Assembly: GCA_963790825.1 (NCBI GenBank)
Contig: CAWBPM010000002.1
Location: 231,159-295,158 of the forward strand
Reading direction: 5' to 3'
Source of the DNA: Candidatus Levyibacteriota bacterium
Lineage (GTDB): Bacteria; Patescibacteriota; Microgenomatia; Levybacterales; UBA12049
DNA length: 64,000 nt
In this document: one piece after another, positions 7,547 to 16,601 of the stretch
Numbering within the stretch: the first letter of the stretch is position 1
How the letters are laid out: every line of letters begins with the position of its first letter
The notes under the pieces: generated by a model
The model's database searches: none
What the model was told of the DNA's origin: nothing
What the model saw: the letters and a program-made list of their open reading frames with translations, nothing else
Translations under genes and position numbers: made by a program

Positions 7547-9801
7547 TCTTTTCACTATCACCACTAGAGATATATTTCGGACGGCGAGTACTTCTCGATA
7601 ACATTATGGTTTTCTGGATGCTGCTATCACTTTTCTACGCAACGTGCACGCCTCAAGGGTTACGTAACGTTATACTAAGTGCCATAACATTTGCAATAGC
7701 AACCCTGACTAAAGAAAACGCATTCTTTTTAGGACCGGTAATTCTTTATATGACTTGGGGTTATGCACGTACTCGTGTTCGAATATGGTCAATAAGTCAA
7801 TGGATTGCTATCGCGGCAGTAATTATTGCATTATATCCCCTATATGCAAGTTTAAAAGGAGAACTTTTTGCAAGCGGTACTTTCCTTGGTGGATTCAAAC
7901 AGCATGTAAGCTTAATTCAAACAACAATCGAGCAAGGGTCACGAGGAGTATTTGCTTTCCCCTGGAATAGCAAAAGCGATTTTTATGTAAATCTTAATGA
8001 ATGGATATTTCGTGATCCCTTCATTATTATAATCGGTGCGATATGCCTATTCACTAGTCTTATTCTAAATGAACGCTATCGTGAGATTAAAGCTATTGCC
8101 TTAACAGCACTTGCAGAAATTATTTTTCTGGCGCGGGGTAAACTTGTAATCGACTACTATATTCTTGCGATTCTTCCTTTACTAGCAATGACTATTGGTA
8201 TCATGATTGCGCGACCACTAGTTTGGGCAAAGAACCATATCAGTCCGTATGGGTATTCGTTGACTATAGCATTTCTTCTAACAATTATTTTCGTTGGATA
8301 TGGAACACCCGCATTTTCACGAGATGAAACAACCAATCAACAGAAAGCAATCACCTGGATCGAACAGCATATTAGCAAAAATGCATATATCGCAATTGAC
8401 AATTACGCTTATCCGGAATTACATGATGTTGATGGATACAAAAATGCAGATTACGAGTTCAAAGTACAATATGATCCTCAAATTAATAAGGGTAAGTATC
8501 ATCAAGACTACTATAAAACCAACTATCTACTCATAACACATGAGGAAATTGTACAAATGGCATCCAAACAACTCCCATTTATTCAGGCTGCATTTAATCA
8601 CAGTCAATTAGTTGCAGATTTCACTAACAATACTACTAGCTATATTGATATCGGCAAATTGATAAGTACAAATGGTGACTGGGCACAAATTTATAAAGTC
8701 GATAATAAAAACGATGGGTTATTGGTAGATAGTTGGCGCAGTTATAAATTAAATTTTATTAGGGAAAACGGACAAGTTGTTGATCCTTCTCAAGCAAATA
8801 CTACCTCCGAGGGAGAATCATATGCACTATTACGGTCTATAACTATGAATGACAAAATAGAATTTGATAGGGTGTGGAATTGGACACAAAAAAATATTCA
8901 GATACGAAAAGGAGATAGTTTATTTACCTGGAAAATATCACTTGATTCATTGGGAGCTAATCATATAGACGACACAAACTCTGCATCTGATGCTGATGAA
9001 GATATTGCCTTAGCACTTTATCAAGCTTATCAAAAATGGGGAGATAAAAAATATCTCACAGAGTCTCAAAAAATAGTAAGTGATATTTGGAAAAAAGAAG
9101 TGGTTAGACGTAATAATGAATTCTATCTCATTTCCTCGCCTGAAGGAACATACGGTGAAAATTTATTAGTAAACCCATCTTATATTGCCCCTGCTAACTA
9201 TAAAATCTTTGCGAAAATTGATCCAAAGCACAATTGGCAGCAGTTAGTCAATGATTCATACAGTCTTTTAACAGACATACAAAAGAGATCTTCGGTTGGT
9301 TTACCAACAAATTGGGTGGCAGTTGCACCAAGTGGTGATCTTATCTCAGCTTCTCATATGGGAGTACAATCGGAAGATTATTTTGGCTACGATGCGTTTC
9401 GGGTAGATTGGAGAATGGCTGATGATGTACAGGACCCGCGTGCACAAAAAATACTAACTATTCTTAATACTTTTTATCAAGACCAATGGTCAAAAAACAA
9501 TATGATCGCTTCAGAATATGATATTAATGGGGTAGCATCATCAGATTATGCTGATATTCCCTCAAGTGCTGGAGCAGTAATTGCTTTACATGCAATGAAA
9601 AATATACTTACAGATACCATCTATAAGCAGTCACTTTTGAATAACTTTAACACAAACGGTTTTTATTGGGGACAGCAATCAAATTATTACAGTCAAAACT
9701 GGGGAGCGTTTGCGGTTCAATATCTCGGGGTAGGAGGACCAAACAGCAGGGGAGACGTACTGACGCAAAAAGTAGCGATGCTATCGTTAGTGAAGAAATA
9801 A
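7504..9801 (+). CDS. Continuation of the PMT-like GT-C glycosyltransferase (TM core) fused to a C-terminal GH8 domain. The ORF track lists it from 7606, but the frame is open from 7504
   Basis: LAASLAVIVFSLSPLEIYFGRRVLLDN continues the GT-C loop. C-terminal TSEGESYAL and ASDADEDIALALYQAYQKW match the two GH8 signature motifs. Confidence 0.7.
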   Translation, partial: TRHEQKLAASLAVIVFSLSPLEIYFGRRVLLDNIMVFWMLLSLFYATCTPQGLRNVILSAITFAIATLTKENAFFLGPVILYMTWGYARTRVRIWSISQWIAIAAVIIALYPLYASLKGELFASGTFLGGFKQHVSLIQTTIEQGSRGVFAFPWNSKSDFYVNLNEWIFRDPFIIIIGAICLFTSLILNERYREIKAIALTALAEIIFLARGKLVIDYYILAILPLLAMTIGIMIARPLVWAKNHISPYGYSLTIAFLLTIIFVGYGTPAFSRDETTNQQKAITWIEQHISKNAYIAIDNYAYPELHDVDGYKNADYEFKVQYDPQINKGKYHQDYYKTNYLLITHEEIVQMASKQLPFIQAAFNHSQLVADFTNNTTSYIDIGKLISTNGDWAQIYKVDNKNDGLLVDSWRSYKLNFIRENGQVVDPSQANTTSEGESYALLRSITMNDKIEFDRVWNWTQKNIQIRKGDSLFTWKISLDSLGANHIDDTNSASDADEDIALALYQAYQKWGDKKYLTESQKIVSDIWKKEVVRRNNEFYLISSPEGTYGENLLVNPSYIAPANYKIFAKIDPKHNWQQLVNDSYSLLTDIQKRSSVGLPTNWVAVAPSGDLISASHMGVQSEDYFGYDAFRVDWRMADDVQDPRAQKILTILNTFYQDQWSKNNMIASEYDINGVASSDYADIPSSAGAVIALHAMKNILTDTIYKQSLLNNFNTNGFYWGQQSNYYSQNWGAFAVQYLGVGGPNSRGDVLTQKVAMLSLVKK

Positions 9802-9805
9802 AATA

Positions 9806-10543
9806 ATGAAAAACAAAAAGAACCTCGTCGTAATCTTCCTCGTACTTCTCATAGGTGTCCGGGTCATGCTGCATCTTCCAATCCTATCTGAGCAAAAAGC
9901 AAAAATTGTTTCAGAAAAAGATTTTGGTGTTAATATTTCAGGCGGTGAGTTCCAACAGGCAATGTATACGGACAAAAAGTATACAGGCTATAGGTATTTT
10001 CATAGTAAAGGACTGACACTACTCAGAATTCCCTTTAAGTGGGAAACTATTCAGCCAACACCTATGGGAGAATTGGACACGAAACAGCTGGCAAGCTATA
10101 CGGGTATGATTACCGTAGCGCAAAAAGCCGGAGAGAAAGTCATTATTGAGCCGCATAATTTCGGAAGATATAACAACATTCCGTTAACAGACAAAGACAA
10201 TAATAGTTTTTCAGATCTCTGGAAAAAGTTAGCGGCAATCTATAAAGGATACTCGGGAATCTGGGGATATGAACTGATGAATGAGCCGCATGATATACCG
10301 GGGAACTGTGAAACATGGAGAACGCTGTCACAAGCCGGAATTAACGCGATTCGCTCCGAAGACATAACGCATTATATTCTAGTTCCGGGATACAGCTGGC
10401 AGAGCGCGAGTGATTGGCAAAGGGAAAGTGATTGTTTAAAAAATCTCTCCGATCCTGAAAATAAACTGCTCTATTCGGCTCATGAATACTTCGACGAGAT
10501 CAAAGCGGAACGTACAATAGTACCTGTACAGATACAAATATAG
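9806..10543 (+). CDS. GH5 endoglucanase-like protein with signal anchor, N-terminal part (frameshifted near 10497..10501)
   Basis: GVNISGGEF, FRIPFKWE and YELMNEPH (catalytic acid NEP) motifs. Confidence 0.7.
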   Translation: MKNKKNLVVIFLVLLIGVRVMLHLPILSEQKAKIVSEKDFGVNISGGEFQQAMYTDKKYTGYRYFHSKGLTLLRIPFKWETIQPTPMGELDTKQLASYTGMITVAQKAGEKVIIEPHNFGRYNNIPLTDKDNNSFSDLWKKLAAIYKGYSGIWGYELMNEPHDIPGNCETWRTLSQAGINAIRSEDITHYILVPGYSWQSASDWQRESDCLKNLSDPENKLLYSAHEYFDEIKAERTIVPVQIQI

Positions 10544-10824
10544 GGGTAACCCGTGCAAAACCTTTTACCGCTTGGCTCAGAAAAAATAATAAGATCGGAA
10601 TTTTTACCGAGTATGGGATTCCACGGGGCTCGTGCTGGCAATTAACTCTGGGTAAATTTATGCGGTACATTTATAAAAGTCCTAATATCATTGGCGGAAC
10701 ATACTGGGCGGCAGGGGAATATTGGGGAGATTACAAATTATCAGTAGAACAGGATATAAACGGGGATAAACCACAAATGAAAATACTTCAAAAATATCCG
10801 ACAAAATTAAATATAGCCAGCTAA
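10486..10824 (+). CDS. C-terminal part of the same GH5 gene in the +1 frame
   Basis: DQSGTY...KIGIFTEYGIP (nucleophile TEYG) ...GGTYWAAGEYW. Joining to the upstream frame restores HEYFDE|DQSGTY. Confidence 0.6.
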   Translation: MLRRDQSGTYNSTCTDTNIGVTRAKPFTAWLRKNNKIGIFTEYGIPRGSCWQLTLGKFMRYIYKSPNIIGGTYWAAGEYWGDYKLSVEQDINGDKPQMKILQKYPTKLNIAS

Positions 10825-10841
10825 TAATCTAAAAGTAATCT

Positions 10842-10888
10842 AAAAGGAATTTAGCAGCCTTACTGATGCGCTTCGATGGCATCATGAG
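10842..10888. repeat. Partial copy of the composite intergenic motif (aaaaggaattt...tactgatgcgcttcgatggcatcatgag), related to 4048..4082
   Basis: 24/28 identity over the gatggcatc core. Confidence 0.4.
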
Positions 10889-11243
10889 TGATAATCTTCA
10901 TCTCTGTGATAGTTTATATGCTTATTTAACCATTACGGTTCAATTAACCGTTATGGTAAAAGGAAAGAGGTTGGAAGGCCATTTTTACCCGTTAATAACC
11001 GGCAATTTAACGGGTAATCTTTCGAACCAGTATTAGTATACAGCTTTCGAAAGTCAGCGGTTTTTCCAGCCGTTCAAAAAATCCCAAAAAGGGCGCTGGA
11101 GAGGGAGTTCAGGCACCACAACGATTCAACCGACGGTCAGCGGTTATAACGGTAAGTAGGCTGTTAAATCAGCTAATCGTGTGTTTGTACAACATTTTTT
11201 AAACAGCCGGAGGAAGCGAACGGCGGGGAGAGGAGGGAATGGA

Positions 11244-12431
11244 TTAGCGCAGAACGGATCTGGTTATTTCTCCGATCTGTCTTATGTTTAAGGAGATATA
11301 GGCGGCAAGGAGGGATGTAATCGGAACCGCGATAATAAGCGCGCTGCTTCCGACCATAGTCCGGATAATCTCTTCCATCGTTGCCTCGTTATTTAAAATT
11401 ACCCACCAGGGAAGATGTGCAGGATTAAGGGCAAAGAAAATAAATATCGCGAGTGATGTTCCGGCGTATGCCAGGACCAATGTGTTAACTAAGGAGGCGA
11501 TATGCTCCCGACCTATGAGCATGCCTTTTTTAAATAAATCCAGGAAATGCTGCTCGGGGTTTTCCCGGGCCAGAGTGAAGATCGCAACCGATTGCGTCGT
11601 CGTGATATCATTTAAAGCTCCCAAGGTTCCGATTATTATACTTCCCAGGAGAAGTCCCTGGGGATTTATCAGGTGAGTTGTACCGATTACAATACTTTGG
11701 ACGTCTTCATTTCCCAGACCGAAGAGGTGAAGAAATTGTACAGCGAAGCCGGCAATATAGACTGCGATAAACAGCGAAATTCCGGTGCCTAAGACTGCCA
11801 TGGTCGTTTTAATCGATATGCCGTGTGCTACATAAGTCGTAAGAAGTAAAATGAAAACCGACGCTGTCAAACAGACCGACAAGGGATCGGAGCCCTTAAT
11901 AATAGATGGAATAATATAGACAGAAATCGTCAGAATGCTAATTGTCAGACCTAAAAGCGCACCAACTCCTTTACTGCCGGCAACAGCGATAATAAGAATT
12001 GAGAAACCTACGAGGATAAGCCAAAAATTATTCAGCCGGTATGGCTCATAAACGCTGTAGGTCATTTTTTTAGTCGTATTATCAGGTTTACTGTCGATGA
12101 CAACCGAGTCTCCCCGGCGTATTCGTTGATCTACCTTAAGTCTCTCGTCGGCAGAGTAGAGGACACTGACTATTTTCCCATTTTCCGCTCCGCCCAGGAT
12201 TTTTATTTTCAGATTTTCGCTGTCACTTTTCTCTTTGTCAAATACCTGCTCTCTCTGAGACAGTACTTCCAAAACATCTCCGCGGACAAACATCTCCTGC
12301 GTTTGCGGTTTGTCAGATGTAGCAGCAAGTACACTGAGCGGTAATACGAAATTAAAAAAGAAAATGAGCAGAACGAGAAAAAATTGTATGAATGATTTGT
12401 TTCGTGACATACTAAGATTCTTAGAATTCAT
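11244..12431 (-). CDS. YibE/F-family-like polytopic membrane protein (N-terminal extracellular domain plus about 7 TM)
   Basis: Signal/TM, a roughly 100-aa soluble segment, then seven hydrophobic helices. The architecture is typical of YibE/F proteins. Confidence 0.45.
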   Translation of the reverse strand: MNSKNLSMSRNKSFIQFFLVLLIFFFNFVLPLSVLAATSDKPQTQEMFVRGDVLEVLSQREQVFDKEKSDSENLKIKILGGAENGKIVSVLYSADERLKVDQRIRRGDSVVIDSKPDNTTKKMTYSVYEPYRLNNFWLILVGFSILIIAVAGSKGVGALLGLTISILTISVYIIPSIIKGSDPLSVCLTASVFILLLTTYVAHGISIKTTMAVLGTGISLFIAVYIAGFAVQFLHLFGLGNEDVQSIVIGTTHLINPQGLLLGSIIIGTLGALNDITTTQSVAIFTLARENPEQHFLDLFKKGMLIGREHIASLVNTLVLAYAGTSLAIFIFFALNPAHLPWWVILNNEATMEEIIRTMVGSSALIIAVPITSLLAAYISLNIRQIGEITRSVLR

Positions 12432-12495
12432 ATTATAGAGGAATTTGTAAATAGTTTCAAAGTTAACAAGGTACTATCTATGAACAGAGGAGTTA

Positions 12496-13173
12496 TTATT
12501 TCATTGCCGCGTCGATTGCCGACTGCAAATTATCATAAGTCGCATCCGTGCTAAGAACTTCACCATTGACGTAAAATGTGGGCGTAAAGTTTACCCCGAG
12601 CTTCTCAGCGTCGGCTTGATCTCTGGTAATATTACTTGCATATTTACTTCCCGTTACATCGCTTTGGAATTTAGTCATATTTAACTTCAGCTTTTTTGCG
12701 TACTTTAAGAAATAATCCATCGCATGTGTACTTTCTCCCCAGGAATCCTGATTACTGTAAAGCAGATCGTGCATCTGCCAAAACTTTCCCTGACTACCGG
12801 CTGCTTCGGCCGACTCTGCGGCAGCAAGTTCGTTTTGATGCTCGGGGATGGGAAAATTACGAAAGACAAGCTTTATTTTCCCGTTGTAGTCTTTAAGCAG
12901 TTGTTTTGTGACAGGATAGGCAGTGGCACAGGCGGGACATTGATAATCACCGAATTCAACGATTGTCACCTTCGCGTTTTTGTTACCGATTACATAAGCG
13001 TTTTTTCCGAGTAAAAGAGCTTGATCTACTTTGGTGGCAGACACTGTCGGGCTGGATTTACCAAGTAAAAATACACTTCCGATAACAATTGCCAGCGTTA
13101 TAATCCCGATGCCGCCTATGATTTTTACATCCTGCGTCATTCTCTGCTTCTCCTCATATAAATAATCATACAA
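12496..13173 (-). CDS. Membrane-anchored DsbA/BdbD-like thiol:disulfide oxidoreductase (thioredoxin fold, CPAC active site)
   Basis: N-terminal TM helix. FGDYQCPACA active-site motif. Confidence 0.75.
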   Translation of the reverse strand: MYDYLYEEKQRMTQDVKIIGGIGIITLAIVIGSVFLLGKSSPTVSATKVDQALLLGKNAYVIGNKNAKVTIVEFGDYQCPACATAYPVTKQLLKDYNGKIKLVFRNFPIPEHQNELAAAESAEAAGSQGKFWQMHDLLYSNQDSWGESTHAMDYFLKYAKKLKLNMTKFQSDVTGSKYASNITRDQADAEKLGVNFTPTFYVNGEVLSTDATYDNLQSAIDAAMK

Positions 13174-13616
13174 ACTGAAATTATAGTGAAAGCAGTGAAA
13201 GAAAGCAAGGGAACAGACAGGAAACCGAACCAGAGATTGAAATGAGTGGTGCAGGAAACACCAATGGTACAGGGAGCAACACTTTCCGGCAAGATATGAT
13301 AATACAATAAGTTGTGATAAAGCGAGATACTGAATCCGATAATGCTTAGCGGCAGTACGTATTTATAAATTCCCGGGTCTTTACGTAAAATTCCGACCAT
13401 CAGAAGCAAAACCAACGGATACATACAAATCCTTTGGTACCAGCAGAGAACACAAGGAGTCCAGTGCAGTATTTCACTGAGACTCAGGCTGCCGAGTGTG
13501 GCGACAATTGCCTGCAGTAAGGCGAGGTAGAGAATATTATCAACGATAAATTTTTTCATGCTGTGGATTTGTTCTTTGTAAGGTTTCATTATAAACGAAT
13601 TAGTAGAAACACTCAA
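13137..13616 (-). CDS. DsbB/BdbC-like disulfide bond formation protein
   Basis: 4 TM helices. CVLCWYQR (CxxC in the first periplasmic loop) and a second Cys pair. The true start is probably the internal MKKF. Confidence 0.7.
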   Translation of the reverse strand: MSVSTNSFIMKPYKEQIHSMKKFIVDNILYLALLQAIVATLGSLSLSEILHWTPCVLCWYQRICMYPLVLLLMVGILRKDPGIYKYVLPLSIIGFSISLYHNLLYYHILPESVAPCTIGVSCTTHFNLWFGFLSVPLLSFTAFTIISVCMIIYMRRSRE

Positions 13617-13677
13617 TATTTGAATAATGACTTAGCGACTAGGAGACAAATAACAGATTAATTTGAGCTGAAGAGAT

Positions 13678-14700
13678 TTGATCCCCAAAAAAACTATTAT
13701 ATATACTATAATCATTTTCAGTATGAATAAACGGGATGTTTTATTTCTTTTTCTGACGATTATTTCCCTGGCTGTTGTTCTGGTCACTGATATTATTACT
13801 CCGCCTCAACTTATCCTTGCTTCTTTGTACACAATTCCTATTTTGATTTGCGCCTATCACTTTGGGCCAAAAATAATTAGTGTTGTTACCTTTTTTGTGA
13901 TCATCATTTTTTCAACTCATACTTTATATACGGAAAACATAACATTGATTAATATTTTCTTCCAGGACATCGGATTTTTAATTGTTGCATTTCTGGCTAT
14001 GCAATTCAGCCTGCAAAGGAAAAAAAATGAAGAATCGTTATGGCATTTACAACTTTTCATCAATATGATCTCACACGACCTGGTTCAGCCAATCACTGCT
14101 GCTAAATTATATGTGCAAATTCTCAGAAAATATCCCGACAGGAATGTAAGGTTAAAAGCAGCGAAAATTGCAACACCTCTGCACTATCTGCAAAAACTTA
14201 TCTTCGATCTGAAAGATATTGTGCAGGCAAGGAGCGGAGAGTTTAGCGTATATCCGGCGGAGATGGATTTATGCAGGTTACTAAGTGACGTCGTAGAAGA
14301 GCAACAGAGAAATGACAAAAAGCATACAATAATTTTGCGCATACCGAAAAAAATAATCGGGAAATGGGACAGGGGACGGCTGAATCAGGTACTTACCAAT
14401 CTTATCTCAAATGCGATTAAATATTCTGAGAAAGGGATAATCACCGTGTCTGCGAAGCAAAAAAGGCGGGTTGTTTTAGTTTCCGTTGCCGATAAGGGAC
14501 CGGGAATTCCCGAAAACCAGCAGCAGCTAATATTTACGCCTTTTAAGCGTTTGGAACAAAACAGGAATATCGGGGGAAGCGGTCTGGGACTTTATATTTG
14601 TAAACTTATAGTTGAGGGTCATCAGGGAAGAATTTGGGTAGAAAGTACGAAGAACAGGGGCTCGACATTTTTCTTTACCCTTCCGCGAACCAGCCGATAA
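13678..14700 (+). CDS. Membrane sensor histidine kinase (HisKA + HATPase_c)
   Basis: H-box ISHDLVQP. N, G1 and G2 boxes (NAIKYS, DKGPGI, GSGLGL). N-terminal TM helices. No response regulator adjacent. Confidence 0.8.
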   Translation: MIPKKTIIYTIIIFSMNKRDVLFLFLTIISLAVVLVTDIITPPQLILASLYTIPILICAYHFGPKIISVVTFFVIIIFSTHTLYTENITLINIFFQDIGFLIVAFLAMQFSLQRKKNEESLWHLQLFINMISHDLVQPITAAKLYVQILRKYPDRNVRLKAAKIATPLHYLQKLIFDLKDIVQARSGEFSVYPAEMDLCRLLSDVVEEQQRNDKKHTIILRIPKKIIGKWDRGRLNQVLTNLISNAIKYSEKGIITVSAKQKRRVVLVSVADKGPGIPENQQQLIFTPFKRLEQNRNIGGSGLGLYICKLIVEGHQGRIWVESTKNRGSTFFFTLPRTSR

Positions 14701-14715
14701 TTCGATTGAGCTTCA

Positions 14716-16524
14716 TTAATTACACTTTGACGAGGAGCACATATCTATTCTTGTATTATCAACGCTCAGCTTAATTTTGAATCCCAGCCGAATACCTTGT
14801 GACAAAAGATTAAATAACAGGTTAGTCTCACTACTTGGGTAATACACATAAGCCTTTTTGGCGGCTTTTAATGCTGCATTTTTGTTGCCGATTCTATTTT
14901 CCTGCAAAGCAGACAATAACCATAAATAACCATCAGTGGGAAATTTTTTAAGCGTTGAATTTATAAAATCTTCACAAACTTCAGGTTTTTCATAAATTAA
15001 ATAAATTATTGCCAGATCTTCATATGAAACATAAAAAGGAGCATTTTTAATCGAAGTTCTGTATGCTTCTTCCGCTTTTTTGATTTGTCCGCTTTGTTGG
15101 TAGTAAGATGCAAGTGCGTTCCAGTTTACATCTCCTTTAGGATTAAGTTGTATTGATTTTTGCAAGTGTAAATATGCGGCATTAAATTTATTCCGCTTCA
15201 TAAGCTGTACGGCAAATGCACTTTGCATGTAACTATTATCCTGAGAATAATTAATATCATGAGAAAGCAAAGAATATTGATCATGAAAATTTGAATTTCT
15301 TTGTACAGTTATTAGGGAAAAAACGATTATTATTAAGGTTATGCTAATAAAAATTATTTTTTGTAGTTTTTTATTATGAACGTATAACTCAAACATCAGC
15401 CCAAACATTCCTAAGAGTCCCACGATAGGTAAATAAAACCATCTGTTTGAGACCGTTGCATCCAAAGGTATAAGAATATGCGAGTGAAAAAGTAAACCCA
15501 GACAAAATATAGAAAGAAATAAAATAAATGTATTAAAATATTTGTTATGTTTTTTCAGAATATTCCATCCTGTAATTGACAACGATATGATAAAGAAAAT
15601 ATCAAAAATAACTGCCATAAGAAATTCAAGTCTGGTTTTTGTTGTAACCAGCCACATTTGATCAAGTGCAAGATGGATGGGAAATATAAAAGTTTTCAGA
15701 TAATAAAAAATTATTAAAGGTACAGTTAATAATCGGGTAATAAAATTTGCATGAGTAATAGGGGAAAAAGTCGTACTGTCAGCAATTCCCCGGACAAATA
15801 AAATTCTGAATATTATATAAAATATTACCGTAGAAGAATAAATTAAAAAAGTCTTTATAAAATATTCCCGCTTAGAAAAGAGGAATTTGTATATCAATAT
15901 TATTAGTACAAAAAGAATTCCTGTTTCTTTGGCTAATATTGATATGAGTAAAAGAAATCCTGATATGCAGAACGTTTTATATGAGGGCTTAAGCCGCAGT
16001 TCCAAATAAAAAGCAAGCATGGCGAAAAAGAAAAACAAAACATCCTGCAGTCCGGCAATATAGTTAACTGATTCTGCCTGAATCGGATGAACTAAAAACA
16101 AAAGGGAAATAAAGAAAGAAATATTTTTCCTGATAAAATACTTTAACAACAGAAAAACTAAAATTGCGTTTGAAATATGAAGTATAATTTGCAATAAATG
16201 AAACGGGAAAGGATTTAGTCCGAATAGTGCGTAGAGAATTGTATAAGAAAAGGCTACGAGCGGACGGTAATAATTTCCTGTAAGTTTATTTATGTCCCCG
16301 TTATAAAACATACTGCCGAAGAAAAAATTGGGGATATTGGAAATTGAATGTATGGCAATATTTTGTACCACCAGTCCATCGTCATCAGCCACAAAACCGT
16401 TAAAAAGACTATTAAAAAATACAATGAGTCCGATAATGATAATCCAATGGATCGCTTTAAATGTGGTCAATGGTACAAAAAGACTAATAGGTGAGAAATT
16501 ATTCCGCTCTTTCTCATCATGCAT
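14716..16524 (-). CDS. TMTC-like protein: polytopic GT-C-type membrane domain (DUF1736/PMT_2-like) plus C-terminal TPR repeats
   Basis: N-terminal FNGFVADD...YYRPL motif. About 11 TM helices. C-terminal TPR-like repeats. Paralog of 53545..55248. Confidence 0.6.
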   Translation of the reverse strand: MHDEKERNNFSPISLFVPLTTFKAIHWIIIIGLIVFFNSLFNGFVADDDGLVVQNIAIHSISNIPNFFFGSMFYNGDINKLTGNYYRPLVAFSYTILYALFGLNPFPFHLLQIILHISNAILVFLLLKYFIRKNISFFISLLFLVHPIQAESVNYIAGLQDVLFFFFAMLAFYLELRLKPSYKTFCISGFLLLISILAKETGILFVLIILIYKFLFSKREYFIKTFLIYSSTVIFYIIFRILFVRGIADSTTFSPITHANFITRLLTVPLIIFYYLKTFIFPIHLALDQMWLVTTKTRLEFLMAVIFDIFFIISLSITGWNILKKHNKYFNTFILFLSIFCLGLLFHSHILIPLDATVSNRWFYLPIVGLLGMFGLMFELYVHNKKLQKIIFISITLIIIVFSLITVQRNSNFHDQYSLLSHDINYSQDNSYMQSAFAVQLMKRNKFNAAYLHLQKSIQLNPKGDVNWNALASYYQQSGQIKKAEEAYRTSIKNAPFYVSYEDLAIIYLIYEKPEVCEDFINSTLKKFPTDGYLWLLSALQENRIGNKNAALKAAKKAYVYYPSSETNLLFNLLSQGIRLGFKIKLSVDNTRIDMCSSSKCN

Positions 16525-16601
16525 GGTTTTATAGTAACATTCCGGGATTTAAAGTTCAAGAAAAGTTGACATTCTTTTATTCATAGTAAATACTATAATC
16601 T

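Noticed and set aside
11190-11235. SRP-RNA (4.5S) helix-8-like sequence CAGCCGGAGGAAGCGAAC
   Set aside because: The loop is GGAG rather than a GNRA tetraloop, and the surrounding sequence does not form the conserved symmetric and asymmetric loops. Left as an unassigned candidate only.
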